DNA from: Lytechinus pictus
Taxonomy: Eukaryota
Length of the DNA: 64,000 nucleotides
Assembly (NCBI RefSeq): GCF_037042905.1
Contig: NC_087251.1
Coordinates: 372,001 to 436,000 of the forward strand
Direction of reading: 5' to 3'
The position numbers were made by a program, and so were the translations under genes. Position 1 is the stretch's first letter; every line of letters begins with the position of its first letter. This document shows, piece after piece, positions 37,201-52,200 of this stretch. The notes beneath the pieces were generated by a model that did not search any database, was not told the DNA's origin, and saw only the letters and a list, made by a program, of their open reading frames with translations.

Positions 37201-40200
37201 GATTAAAACTTTTGCAGCGTCAGGGAACTTGCAATTAATGTGAGGCTGTGAGCATGGTAATAGAATTGTGTTCAATCAAATAATTGTTCACTTGTTTACA
37301 ACTCCCACGCAAGTTTTATACAGATGCTACTGTGTACACGGTCATGAAATTCAGTACACGTGCACTGACTTGACCGGGCGTGAACACGTGTACCCGAAAC
37401 GGGCCTAATCGGCGCGCTGCGTATGTAAATTGCGGTTTTTTTTTCTTCAGATCCATCAAGGTCAAGAAACACATGTTTAGATACTTAAATAACTGGCCCG
37501 GGGTGATTGAGGTTTTCCATGGTTCGTAATCGGGGGGTTTGCCTTCTACAACAACGGTTTCGCCTCATGCCTCAGACTAAAAAAATGCATATATATATAT
37601 ATCAACAACAGATTTGTACACAGTATCTGTTGCAGAATTGGTTTCCTGCAAAAAGGTGATTTGATTGGTATGCATATTCCTACCGCCCACTTTCTCTCTC
37701 TCTCTCTCCCTCTCTATGTAGTTCAATATTCCAAGCTTAGCATGTACATGTGTCAATGCATGCACATTGTTCCCAATAAGGATTGCAGCAAAATTTGTTG
37801 TTTTTTGTTATTTCTTTATTGTTGTATTATCATTCTATTTCTGTGCAGTGTTCTTTCTTTGATTACCATGACCTGAAGATCATTTTCCGTCAATTTGCAT
37901 CAGTTTTCATCATCTGTGGTGTGGACGAGGAGGAGGTAAGAAATATGTCGATCATGAAATCTGCGAAGGGCTAAAATTAAGGTAAAGGTAATCTAACAAA
38001 ATGCTAAGTTTTTTTCTCACCTGCATAGCAGCGCGAGGCTATAGGCAGTGAGGGCGGTGTCATCAACATTGAAATCTTAACCAAGATTAAGTTTTTTAAA
38101 TTTTGTCATGATTAAGTTAGAAAGTATGTGGACATACTTGTACTGTAGTTCAAGAAACAAGGACAATTGTAATTAAGTATCAGTGAAAATCCTGCATGAT
38201 TTTCAGAAAGTTTTTGAAATGTCATAAGTTAGAAAGTATGTGGACATAGTTCATAAAAAAGACGTGTGTAATCAAGTGTCAGTAAATATCCTTTTTCAGG
38301 TCACATGACAAAGGTCATTCAAGGTCAATGAACTTTGCCCATGTTGGGGTATTTGTTGAAGTGTCATAACTTTGAAAGTTTATTGATCTAATTTATGAAA
38401 CATGGACATTAGTGTAATCAAGTATTATTGATTGTGTTGATCAAGTCTTACATGTATTTCACAAAATAAAGGTCATATAGGGTCAAAGAATATAGAAATT
38501 TATTATACAGACACTCCGTATCAGAAAAAATTTCCACTTAGAAATAATGCTGTAAAATTATGAATTTGCAATATCCTGAAGCTTTTTCCACATTTTAACA
38601 TTGGTACAGATCTCTTTAAGCAAATGACGATATAACTGTTGAAAAATCTTTCCACTTGAGTGAGCACCACTCACTTTTGAAAAGTTCGTGAAAAATGATT
38701 TGCGCAGAACTTGGAAATAGTTATGTGAATAAAAGTAGAACACATGGACTTAAGCTAGGAAGATTGATTTGAAGATATCTTTTTCCGTTAAAGCTTTTTC
38801 CTTGCCAAAAACACTTCACAAAGCGCCATTGTGCCCCCCCCCCCACACACACACACACATACCAAGGGCCATCGTGATGATATGAATGAATTTATTTATT
38901 ATCCAATGCAATGATAATAACAATTTATAAGTTTACAGCCAATCAGTTATGAATACATAGAAAAGCAAGGATAATAGGAACCAGAAAATAGCATGAATGC
39001 TAGTCAAGCCTGGCCCCTTCTAGTTTAGGCAGATAGAAACATGTTTCTTAACTTGTTAGTTAAGAATGAACAATCGTGAGTCTACTAAATATACTCTATA
39101 TTATATAAACAATGCCTACATAACAATTTTAACAAAAACTAACAGTATATGAAAGATATATAGATAACAAAAATACCGTTAAGATGATAACAAAGTTTCA
39201 TTTTTCCAACAGATGTTCAACAACAGCTCTACGAAAACTTGATCTTGATGGTTTCTTTCTGATTTTGATTGGTAGCTCGTTCCAAGAAGTTGTGCCTACA
39301 TAAGATAAACACTCTTTTCCCAAGCTTGTCCTAACCTTTGGTACATACAGATTCTCATCTTCCTTTTGCCTTGTATTATATCTATGTTGAATTAGTGAAC
39401 AATATTGTAGCAGTGAATGTGGCAAATTTGTATTAATTAGCTCATACATAGAACTACAGATAGATAATCTATACAGTTGGAAAATGTCAAGTATCTTAAG
39501 AACCCTGAATAATGGTGCTGATCTTGTCATGTACGTACTGAATGTTATAGCATGCACTGCCATTTTTTAAATCAATAATATAGAATCCAGATCAATTTTT
39601 CTAGCCCCACCCCAGACTTCAATACTATATATGATGTGGGGCTTCATGAATGTCTAGTACAGCAGAATCAAAATACTTCTTGGCACAAACTGTCTCAGTC
39701 AATATAGAATACCAACTTTCTTGAGTAGGCCCTATGCATAATTTAATTTTTGCAATATGACTTTTCCAAGTCAAATGTTTATCAATGTCTACACCAATAA
39801 ATGTTGTAACATCTACTTCATGCACCTCTGTGTCCATGAGTTGAATTTTCCCTGTTACCTTGATTGCCTGTCTCTTCTCTCTAATTAGCATATACATGTA
39901 CATGTAATTTGTCTTTGACAAGTTTATAGTAACTTCATTGACATTACTCCAATTTAGAACTTTCTTCAATTCTAGGGTCACTTCTCCCAGATCTATCTCA
40001 TATTTTCCGGCCTGAAATGTATGAAACAAATTGGAATCATCAGCAAACAATCTAAAAGTGAAATAGTCACTTGACCTTGGTATAAGTCATTACTATACAA
40101 AAGAAAGAGAGTTGGTCCAAGAACAGACCCCTGAGATACGCTGCAAGTTATTGGACTGTACTCAGAAAGTACCCCATTATAAGTTACAAACTGAAATCTA

Positions 40201-43200
40201 TCAGATAAGTAATCCTTGAAACATTGAAGGGGCAGACCTTCCAACCCATAATGTTCTAATTTCTTGAACAAAATAGTATGATCTATTGTATCAAATGCCT
40301 TTTTAAAATCAATGAAAATTCCAATTGTAACCATTCTGTTGTCTGTCGACTTAATAACATCATTAATCAGGTTAATTAAGGAAAGTTTTGTACTTAACTT
40401 TTCCTAAAACCATACTGATGCTTATACAATGTTTCATTCCTTTCCAAGAAGACAAGTAATCTATCATTTATCATTCTTTTTAAAACCTTTGCAAATAGTG
40501 GAAGGACAGATATTGGACGATAATTACCAGGGTTATCCATTTCACCCTTTTTTTAGGTAGGAGTGACTTTGGCCACTTTCATTGAATTTGGAACTCTCCC
40601 TGTAAGAAGTGAGAGATGAAAAATATGAGACAATGGTTTCGCAATAAAATCTGCTGCATCACTTATTAACCTAGCTGGGATAGTATCATGACCACATGCT
40701 TTATTTACATTCAGAGACAGTAATTGACATTGGACCTCATATTCTGTAACTGGTTTATAGGGATACTCCATGCTGAAAATATCTCAATAAATAGAGTGAA
40801 ATTCACAGAGCAAAATGCCGAAAATTTGATCCAAGTTAGATAACAAATAACAGAGTTATTGAATTTTAAAGATTTGCATTATTCCGGTGAAAGAAACAGT
40901 TTAAGGCTTGTCTTCATGAATATTCAATGAGCAAACTGATGATGTCATATCCCCACTTGTTCTTTTGTATTTTATTATATGAAATTAGGTTTATTAAAAA
41001 AAAAATTACCAAGAACTAAAACATTTGGATTGACAACTGATTAAGTGCATTAATTATTCATTGCTGCAACATATTTCATTATAATGGAGACACATCATTT
41101 ACACATGTATGAAAAAATGAAACAATTGTGATTTCATGTAATCACATAAGAAAAAGGAAAGTGGGAATGTGACATCATCAACCCACCTAATGAATAATCA
41201 TAATGACATGCATATAACTGTTTAAAAAAAATATTGCTAAACTTTAAATTTTAAACTTCGTTATTTGTTATCCGATTTTGATGAAATTGTCAGCATTTTG
41301 CTCTATAAAATTTACTCTATTTATTTTGATATAAATATTATTCAGCCCGGACCATCCCTTTAAAAGCCATTGTATCTTTACCTTTATTGCAAAGATAATC
41401 TCTAAACCTACCACCAGTAGTGTCTTCATGTATGTAACTTGCTAATTTCGGACCCACATTTACGAAAAAGTTATTAAAAACCTGCCGATTTCCTCTGCAG
41501 AAGAAACTTGAGTCCTCCCTCCACTGGTATCTGAGCACAACTTTTCAACCTGTGTGACCTTTGATGTACTGTTATCACTATGGAGGAGGTCATTTATCAC
41601 TTTCCAGGTCTGACCTGTGTCATTTTTATTAGTCATGAATAAGCAGCTGTGATATTCCCTTTTCACCTTTCTCAGAATATTCGTCAAGATGTTCCGAAAC
41701 TTCTTGTATTTTTCTACATGCTGTGGATGGTGGTTAGATGAAATCATTTTAGAATAAAGCTTGTGTTTCGTTTTGATTGATTTCAATATAGCTTTTGTTA
41801 TCCATGGGTTCCTTGCCCCTTTATTTATAACAGAACACTTCAAAATTAGAGCGTGTTTATTACAAATGGCTCCAAAAGTTTGTAAGAATATATCATTAAG
41901 CATCATGTACACTGGTTTTATTTACAATATCACTCCAGTCTTTAGCAGAGAGCTCTTCACAAAAACTTACCTTTTTATAGTACAGGTCTATAATTCCTCT
42001 TAAATAGTGTCTGTTTATCTTTTCGCATCTTTAATTCATTCTCAAATATAACATAAATGGGAAAATGATCAGAAATATCAGTATCTATTGTACCTGAATA
42101 AACACATTTTGAAACTAGAACTGCAATCGTTTCAGAACGATGTGCATGCATTGACGCCTGTGAATTTCCAAAGATATTACCATAAGCAACCAATGAAAAT
42201 ATGAGACCAAAATGAATGAAAACGAGGAAGTTGGCAATTTTACTATTTTCGATATTTCAATAGAGGGCGCTATTTCTTAAAGGTAATGGTCACTGATGCG
42301 TGAAAAACATATGGATTATGTGGAATGATACAAATGGCATACCCTGAAAATATGAGACCGAAATGAATGAAAAAAAATGAACTTATGGCCATTTTAATAT
42401 TTATTTAGTTTGCAATATAGGGCGTTATTTCTAAATGTAATAGTCACTGATGCGTGAGAATATGGATTATGTAGGATGGTACCATAAGCAAACCCTGAAA
42501 ATATGAGACCAAAATGGATGAAAACAAGGAAGTTATGACAATTTTACATTTTGAGACTTTTCAATAGAGGGCGCTATTTATTTAGGTAACGATTACTGAT
42601 GCGTAAAAACCTTTTAAATACGAGAGACGATACTAGAGAAAAACCCTGAAAATTTGAGACCAAAATGAATGAAAACAAGGAAATTATGGCCATTTTACTA
42701 TTTTGCACTTTTCAATAGAGGGCGCTATTTATTAAGATAATGGTCACTGATGCGTGAAAAAACAAATTAATTAGTAAAAATGTTACCATTACAAAACCCT
42801 GAAAATGTCAAACCAAAATGAATGAAAACAAGGAACTTACGGCCATTTTAATATTTCTTTAGTTTGCAATAGAGGGCGCTATTTCTAAATTTAATAGTCA
42901 CTGATGTGTAAAAATTTGTTGAATTGTGTAGGAAGATACCCTTAGTAAATATGAAACCCATTTAAATATGAGACCAAAATGGATTCAAACGAGGAAGTTA
43001 TGGCAATTTTACATTTTCCAACTTTTCAATAGAGGGCGCTACTTCTACAGGTAATGGTTACTGATTCGTAAAAAATTGATGAATTAGAAAACATGTTACT
43101 ATTAGCAAAGCCTGAAAATTTTAGACCAAAATGAATGAAAACATGGATATTATGGCCATTTTACTATTTTGCACTTTTCAATAGAGGGCGCTATTTCTTA

Positions 43201-46200
43201 AAGGGAATAATCACTGATGCGTGAAAAAATATAGATTATGTGGAATGATACAATAAGCATACCCTGAAAATATGAGACCGAAATTAATGAAAACAAGGAA
43301 CTTATGGCCATTTTAATATTTCTTTAGTTTGCAATAGAGGGCACTATTTCTAAATGTAATGGTCACTGATGCGTAAAAAGAATATGGATTATGAAGGATG
43401 ATATCATAAGCCAGCCCTGAAAATATAAGACCGAAATGAATGATAACAACAAAGTTATTGTCATTTGACTATTTGTTGACTTTGCAATAGAGGGCGCTAT
43501 TTGTAAATTTGAAAGTCACTGATGCATAAAATCTTGTTGAATAATGGAGGATGATACCATTAGTAAACCATGAAAATATGAGACGAAAATGAGTAAAAAC
43601 AAGGAAGTTATGGCCATTTTACGATTTTCCTAATTTGCATTTCAATAAATATGAACATTTTGAACGTAGACTATCTTCGATTCGAATTTAGGGCATGAAG
43701 ACGGCATTTTGAAGGGCAAGTCGTATTTTTTATATGAAAGGGCAACTCTTAAACAATCTACTGAAATTTGTTAGAAGTCTGTAGCATGCATGCAGGATGC
43801 GGGAGTTAGGACAAAATTAGGAATGGTATGCAAATGGACTTGAAATTTACAAAATGGCGCCTGGATGGTCATGCATGAGTGATTTTGGAAAATGAAATAG
43901 AAGGTGCACAACTAGGGGTGCTGGTCAACATGTCTACCAAGTTTGGAGGGATTTGGATGAGGGACGTGGCCTGGGCAGAGTTAACAAACTATGTGTTAAG
44001 TGAATGGGGTTTTTGGCAGAAGACGAAGAAGAAGAAGAAGAAGATTGCGGAATAGGAATACGGAACAAGAACAATGCATTGTCGCCTGTAGGCGTCAATG
44101 CAATAAAGTTTGATTATACATGATCAATCAAAGAACTTGACAAATTATTCACCCTTGTCGGAACCTTAATAAGTTGTTGAAATTGCATGCACTGTAAAGC
44201 TGAAATAAATCATCTTCTGTATTTCCAGGGTAATTCATATTAATGTTAAAATCACCCATTAAAATGCACTTTGTTTTATCCACTTTTAAGGTTTCAAGTG
44301 CATCAAGTAAACTTTCCTGAAATTCTAATACATCTGTATTCTGTGTTTGGTTTTCTATAAAATATGCCAATAAGATAAGTCTGCTTTTCAAATTATGCTT
44401 CAATCCAAAGGGATTCAGTATCTTTCACTTCAAAGCTGGGACTTAATACTTTGTATGGTACAGATGAATGAATATATGCGCCAACACCTCCCCCTCTTTG
44501 AGGCGCTTAACGGCACTGAACTTCTAATGAATATCCTTGTAAACCTAACATCTGTGGATAAGATACATTCCAAACTTCAGACAATCCAAATATGAACATT
44601 CATATAGTAATCGTAAACTATCAATATTTTTTGTAGGGATCTTATGTTTACATGTGAAATATTTGAAGCATTTTCAGTAATCTTGTTTACCTTAACATCA
44701 AATGAACATGGACATAAGTTTGTGGAGTTTATCTCTATATCATCAGTTTCATGATTATTAATCATTATTTATGGAAGTAACATGAGGCAGTGCCGTTCTG
44801 GAGAACAAGAAAATCAAGCGAAAATGTGAAGGCCAAAATTGTTGTATGCGACATCGTCCACTCCAATGTCAAAGAGGTCATCTGGTGACCGAAGAGTCTT
44901 GTAAGTGTCATCTTTCATTTTACAAATAATGTTGCCATTCTTAGTTGACACAACCTTTACAGTGGTCGCCTTCTTTGCTGCCGTGAGGATGGAGTACCTG
45001 ACTATTGTAATGTCCTCTTTTATGAAGACACCTTTGCAGGCATCTTTCCCTTTCAATTTAATCTGCTGTCATACAGTTCGTTTCTTTCCTTCATTGTCGT
45101 GAACCTCATGATAACTTGTCTTGGTTTGCCTTGGCTTTTGGTTGGGGATCCCAGGCGATGACAGGTAGAGATATCGGCTTCTGAAATCTTGACACCTGCT
45201 GTATCTGCCACCTTGACGATCTTGTAAGATCATCTTCGCTCTCATCATCAGACTCCTGAATGCCCATAAAGCTGAGATTCTCTCGGCGAGTATACTGCTC
45301 AAGAGCATCCATTATCCATTTTGAACTGAGATCGGAGGACATGAGGATATCTGCTCTCCATGGAGCTGTTATTCACATGAAATGGCTTAGGCTTGTATTT
45401 AGGTTTCTTAATCATTGTAAAGCTTGGGAAAATAGTGGAGAAACAAGTATCAAATGAAATGTGAAATGTCCCACTCTAAATGATAACAGTTAGTGAAAGA
45501 ACGCTGGCGATGTCTGAAATAAACTTTTGTTTACAATCTTTTATGTCCTCAGATCAAGCCGGCGTAAAAAAGGTAAAGGTTGTGCTTCCCTACGGTTAAA
45601 ATTTTAATTTGGGTGGCAAGGTTGTTACAAAATATCTAAATGAATCTGTTTTATTTCAATTCGCTAAAAATGGAAAAGAATTGTATGAGAAATGTACCAC
45701 ACGGTCACTTTGTTTTCGCCAGACTATAGGCGCCGCTTTTACGACGGCGATGGCGGCGTCGTCAGCATTGAAATCTTAACCAAGGTTAAGTTTTTGAAAT
45801 GTCATAACTTAGAATGTATGTGGACCTTGTTCATGAAACTTGAACATAAGGGTAATCAAGTATTACTGAACATCCTGCCTGAGTTTCAGGTCACATGACC
45901 AAGGTCAAAGGTCATTTAGGGTCAATGAACTTAGACCATGTTGGGGGAATCAATATCAAAATCTTAACCTAAGGTTAAGTTTTTGAAATGTCATCATAAT
46001 TTCGAAAGTATATGGACCTAGTTCATAAAACTTAGATATAAGGGTAATAGTGTATCACTGAAGATTCTGCCTGAGTTTCATGTCACATGATTAAGGTCAA
46101 AGATCACTTAGGGTCAACAAACTTTGGCCATGTTGGGGTTTTTGTCTCACCTGCATAGCAGAGTGAGACTATAGGCGCCGCTTTTCCGACGGCGGCGGCG

Positions 46201-49200
46201 GCGTCAACACCAAATCTTAACCTGAGGTTAAGTTTTTGAAATGACAGCATAACTTAGAAATTATATGGACCTAGTTCATGAAACTTGGCCATAAGGTTAA
46301 TCAAGTATTACTGAACATCCTGCCTGAGTTTCATGTCACATGACCAAGGTCAAAGGTCATTTAGGGTCAATGAACTTAGACCATGTTGGGGGAATCAACA
46401 TCAAAATCTTAACCTAAGGTTAAGTTTTTGAAATGTCATCATAACTTAGAAAATATATGGACCTAGTTCATGAAACTTATACATAAGGTTAATCAAGTAT
46501 CACTGAACATCCTGCATGAGTTTCACGTCACATGACCAAGGTCAAAGGTCATTTAGGGTCAATGAACTTTGGCCGAATTCGGGGTATCTGTCGAATTACC
46601 ATCATAACTTTGAAAGTTTATGGATCTGATTCATGAAACTTGGACATAATAGTAATCAAGTATTACTGAACATCCTGTGCAAGTTTCAGGTCACATGATC
46701 AAGGTCAAAGGTCATTTAGGGTCAATGAACTTTGGCCAAATTGGGGTATTTGTTGAATTACAGCCATAAATTTGAAAGTGTGTTGGTCTAGTTCATAAAA
46801 CTTGGACATAATAGTAATCAAGTATCACTGAACATCCTGTGCGAGTTTCAGGTCACATGATCAAGGTCAAAGGTCATGTAAGGTCAAAGAACTTTGGCCA
46901 CGTTGGGGGTATTTGTTGAATTGCCATCATATCTCTATAAGTGTATTGGTCTAGTTCATAAAACGTGGAAATAAGAGTAACCAAGTATCACTGAACATCT
47001 TGTGCGAGTTATAGTAGTTTTCAAAATCAGCACTGCTGCTATATTGAATCGCGTGATGCAGGTGAGACGGCCAGAGGCATTCCACTTGTTTAGGAATTGT
47101 CATCATAACTTTAAAAGTTTATGGATCTAGTTTATGAAACTTGGATATAAGAGCAGTAATGTATCCCTGAATACACTGTGCGTGTTTCAGGAACATGGCC
47201 AAGATCAAAGGTCATTGAAAGGTTAATGACCTCTGGCAATGTTGGGAGTATGTGTTGAATTGGCATCATAACTTAAAAACTTTATGGATCTAGCTCATGA
47301 AACATTGACATAAGGGTAATCAAATATGAATGATTGTTTTGCACATGTGTTAGGTCACATGATCACAGTTAAAGGTCATTTTGGGTGAATGGACATAATA
47401 TTTTATTATTAATGAGTGCTTTCTTCTGTGAATAATTATTCATTAGCTGTTTTCAAAGGCAGCACTGCTGCTATATTGAAGAGCATAATGCAGGCGAGAC
47501 TGCCAGAGGCGTTCCACTTGTTCCTTGACAAAGTGTGAAAATTAGCATTTCTGCGAGCTTTACAAAAATGGACAGTGCTCACTCAAGTGTAACATTATGA
47601 CAAAACTTTTACTTTCATTTTATAGATGAGACCCAAACCCAAGAATATATGTGAAAAATATATCCCTATGTTGTATATTTTTCAACTCTCAGGACTTTTT
47701 CAAAGTGTAAACTTTTTATTGAAACGTACTGTATAAAAGTTGTGGGTTGTGAATAATTATGTAATAGTTGTTTTCAAATTCACCACTGCTGCTATATAGA
47801 ATCCTGTATGCAGGCCATACTGCCATGGGCACAAGCAAGAAGAAATTCAAATGATTTAATCTGATTAGTCTCCTTTTGCAAATGATCTAAGATGGTGCAG
47901 TCGTGCATATACATGTAGATGTGCCTTTGCACCCTTGTCTTCATGAATTAGCAGCATGTACAGTAGTTGAACATACTTGTATATCTCTCTTACTCATAAA
48001 TTTCGTATTCTCATTCCCTCTCTTTACAGAATGAAATTGGCATATTAGAATTCATTCAATTATTTGTAGAAATATTGGACAGCTATTTTCCAAAAGTGGT
48101 GAGTAAATGTTTTTATTGTTTATCCTAGTACAAATTATCCTAAAAATTTGCATGTAAATGCTAGTTCTTGTAACGATTTCTAAATGAGTTTGTACAGCAT
48201 TTAATAAAATTTATGAAAAAAAAGGCCAAAAGAATCTGGTAGAATTATGTAATGAGATATTTGCAAAATAACCATGGCAATCCAGTTAATTGGTCTTTTT
48301 CCCAACAATGATGATACACTATCCCACATGTGCTTTAATATCTGTATTGGCAATCATCTGTGTGATCATTTTGTCTCGCCTGCAAGGCAGAGCGAGACCC
48401 TAGGCTTTCCCGGCTTCGGTGGCGGAGTCAACATTGAAATCTTAACCGAAGGTTAAGTTTTTGAAATGTCATCATAATTTAGAAAGTATATGGACCTATT
48501 TCATGAAACTTGGACATAAGGGCAAACCAGTATTACTGAATATCCTACCTGAGCTTCAGGTCACATGACTGAGGTCAAAGGTCATTTAGGGTCAATGAAC
48601 TAAGACCATGTTGGGGTAATCAACATCGAAATCTTAATTTTAACCAAAGGTTTAGTTCTTGAAATTTCATCATGACTTTAAGTTATATGGACCTAGTTTA
48701 TCAAACCTGGACAAAGGGGTAATCAAGTATTACTGAACATTCTACTAGAGGTTCAGGTCACATGACCAAGGTCAAAGGTCAAATTAATTTTGGCCATGTT
48801 GGGGGTTTAGGTTGATTTGCGATCGCACCTCTGAAAGTTTATGGATCAGTTCATGAAACTTGGACATAAGAGTAATCAAGTATCAGTGAACATCCTGCAT
48901 GAGTTTCATTTAAGGTCAATGAACTTTGGCCAAATTGGGGGGTATTTTTTTAATTGCTATCATAACTTTGAAAGTTTACGGATACAGTTCATGAATTGTC
49001 GACATAGGGGTAATCAAGTATCACTGATCGTCTTGCAGGAGTCTTAGGTCACATGGTCAAGGTCAAATGTCAGTTAGGGTCAATGAACATAGTTTTTTAT
49101 TACCATGTGAATGATTATTCTATTGTCATTTTCAGAGTCAGCACTGTTGCTATATCGAAGCGCGTAATGCAGGCAAAAGACAGCCAGAGGCACTCCACTT

Positions 49201-52200
49201 GTTCAGTTTAGATTCCAGGATTTCACAGAGTTCAGTTTAAATTTAACTGTGCCAGATCTAGATCTACAACAATATGATGACAATTAGATCTAACTTTGGT
49301 TTTACCAAGACTCCACAGTATTAAACTCTTTTGGTGATGGCCCGTTTGGGCCACCAAAACTATTGTTTTGTTTTTTGTGGCCTGATATTCAGTGAAATTT
49401 GGTGGCCAAACAGAATAAAGAAAAACATCAAAAATGGAAAGGACAGACTTGCAGAATATAAAGATGTGACCCCCCCCCCCCCCTCCTTTTTTTATTGAAA
49501 TAATAGTCTAAATTCTGGTTCAGAGACTTTGGTCTGGTATGGTTCATGAGATTGCTGAACTGGCTATAGGTGCTGTATTACAAACATCTTGGCATACTTA
49601 CATCCTGACCACTCCCAAGAGACCACACTCCTTAGATCTCTTCATCCAGCCCCTCCTCTCTCTCCTTCTTCCTCTCCTTGTTCCCTCCCCCATCCCTTTT
49701 CCCTTCTACTCCTACATGTAGGTTCCCCTTTTCCTTTGCCCGTCCTCTTTGACTTTTGCTTCTCCCCTCTACCTCCCCCCTTCTCCCCTCCATGTCCTTC
49801 TTTCCTCTCCCTTCTTCATCAATCCTCTTCCTCTTCTCCCCTCCACCCCTCCCTTCTCATTCTCCCATCCTCTTCCCCTTCTCCCCTCTTACCCTCAGTC
49901 TTTTTTCTCTTTCTCCCCTCCTCAAATCTTATATAGATACTTGAAATACACTTAATAGTAATAATGAAAGCTAAGAATCTCATTTGAATGCACTATCATG
50001 GTACGTTACTACGTTATATTCTTTCCTTTTTTTATTTTCTTTCCACAGTCTGACTTTGATGTATCCTTTGAAAGAACTTTGAAAGAAATGAATATTTCCT
50101 ATTGACATGTACATGTAGAGAGTAGTTTATAAAGGATGTTTAAGTGTTAGCTCGCCCATGATTTAAAGTTGCTTATAAAGTGGGGGGAAAAAAGAAACCC
50201 CTGTTATTGAAAGTTTGATAAACATATGCAAGCAATTCCTCCATACAGGTTTGTCATGTGATATGTATTAGTAGATACATGTACCTGTTGATGTTATCAT
50301 TTTATACCAGTTGATGAGAAAAATATTTTCAGTCATCATGAACCAATTAAAATAAAGAATTTATGGAATTCATATTATGTGACCTACACTGAGGGCAGCT
50401 GCTTTCATATGACATCACGAATGCAAATTAAAAACTTTGAAATTCATGAATATTTTATTGGATCGATTCTCATTCCTTCACTAATATTTTTCTCTAAAAT
50501 TCTGTGTAAATAATCATCAGGTATCTTGCTACACAGATGATGTGCTTGTGCCCATGTCAATTTGAAGAAATATATGAACTTGAAAAAGGATGGGTGCGGT
50601 TCTATCTCTGCATCATTAAATTAAGCATTATTTTAAGTGACTTTGAAAAAAAATTATCGAAAATGAGGAAAAATTATTTAATCAATGACAGTAATACTAA
50701 CATTCTTGTAGATTAATAAAATATTTCAAAAGAATTTGTGACGAATATGGTCTTTGAAAATGATGCATGAAATAATGTGATATGGACATCTAAAAGAGAT
50801 AACAGTGTTTTTCATTTTTTCAAAGAAATCCATGTAAACACGTGTTAGCATATTGTGCAAGCTCATTTGAATTTAATAAATTGACACAATCTCACTCCTT
50901 TGCCACACTTCCTGGCAGAAATGATTTTCATTGGTTGAGTGAGATGAGAGTGCTATAAAACAGCCTTTCTCATTGATATTTCTTCATAAATAGGTGTGTT
51001 TTACAGAGATAAATTGAAGGTAAATGGTTCTTGGAATACCATCCCAGGACATTTCTAATCTGCAACTTTAAAAACCATTACAATTGAACTATTTGAATAT
51101 GTTACATAATTGAACAGCTAAAGTTACTTGCTGAAAAAGGGGTTTTTAGATTTGAAATTTGATTGAGATACCTGCAGCAGTGTTAAATTTCCCACTTTGA
51201 TGGCAATTTAAAGGAGAATGAAACTCTTGGAGCAAGTTAGCTTTTGTGAAAGCAGAAAAATCAAAGAATAAGATCAACAAAAGTTTGAGTAAAATAGGAC
51301 TAGCAATAGAAGAGTTATGAGCATTTGAATGTCGAGATCACTAATGCTATGGAGATCCTCCAATTGGCAACGCAACCAAGATCTATGATATCACAGATGA
51401 ACAACTCTCCCCTTTTGGACACTGAAAATATACCCCAAAACATCTCTTTTTGCTCTTTCTAATCATATGACAAATGATTCATCAATGATACAATGTTGTG
51501 AAACCTCTGTACTTGTCCTCTCATAAAGAGAACACCTCACCTTGTGATAGATTCTATAAAAGTGAGAATGTAAGTGAAATAAGTACTAAAGCAATGAGGG
51601 AGTTGTACGTGTGTGACATCACAGATCTTGGTCGCATTGCCAATGGGAGGATCTACATGGCATTAGTGATCTCAATATTCAAATGCTCATAACTTTCTTA
51701 TTATTCATTCAATCTTCCTCAAACTTTCAACAATATGTTTCTTTGATTTTTCTTTTTGATATGGATTCAACTTGTTTCAAGGGTTTCATTCTCCTTTAAG
51801 AACTCCAAAGCTGATTTTCTTTTTAGGTGATCTGTCAATCGACAGATCAACTATTAATTTCGTACAAATTTTCTTTTTTATTTATTTATTATTTTTCTTT
51901 ATTTTCCGCCCTTTTCTTGTTAGCACAAAATCTCCAAATCTACATCATCAATTATCTTCAGAATATCATCAGATATGGGGACTTGTGATGTGTATAAAAC
52001 AAGTTCAAGGTCAAAAGGTCATCATGACGTCATCTAGACGCCATTTTGTAAAATCACATTATCAATTATCAAAAATTAACAATATTTACATCACATTAAC
52101 TTCAGGTCAAAGGTCAACTGTCCATGTCATCAAAGGTCATGTAAAGGTCACGACGTGCGCGTACGCGCGCGTCAAAATTTTAAAATGCTCAAAATCACTT

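Larger units (their letters stand above)
38885..45560 (-). mobile_element. Decayed, apparently full-length CR1-group LINE
   Basis: ORF1 remnant DALEQYTRRENLSFMGIQES (45106-45342) and C-terminus at 44814-45056. APE remnants (ILMGDFNIN, ISDHFPIY) and RT remnants (IFIDFKKAFDTIDH, SQGSVLGPTLFLLY, FADD) with frameshifts. Short (ATTC/AAAT)n tail. Confidence 0.9.

Noticed and set aside
37480..37575. ATACTTA...CTGGC...GAGGTTTTCCAT, faintly like U1 snRNA
   Set aside because: No ACTTACCTG 5' motif, Sm site or matching stem-loops.
42180..43640. Regularly spaced AGAGGGCGCTATT motif resembling a CRISPR array
   Set aside because: The whole ~154-bp unit is repeated with divergence, there are no unique spacers or cas genes, and it lies inside a Helentron-like element in animal DNA.
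49539..49955. Pro/Ser/Leu-rich ORFs
   Set aside because: Artefacts of a CT-rich tract in an intron.
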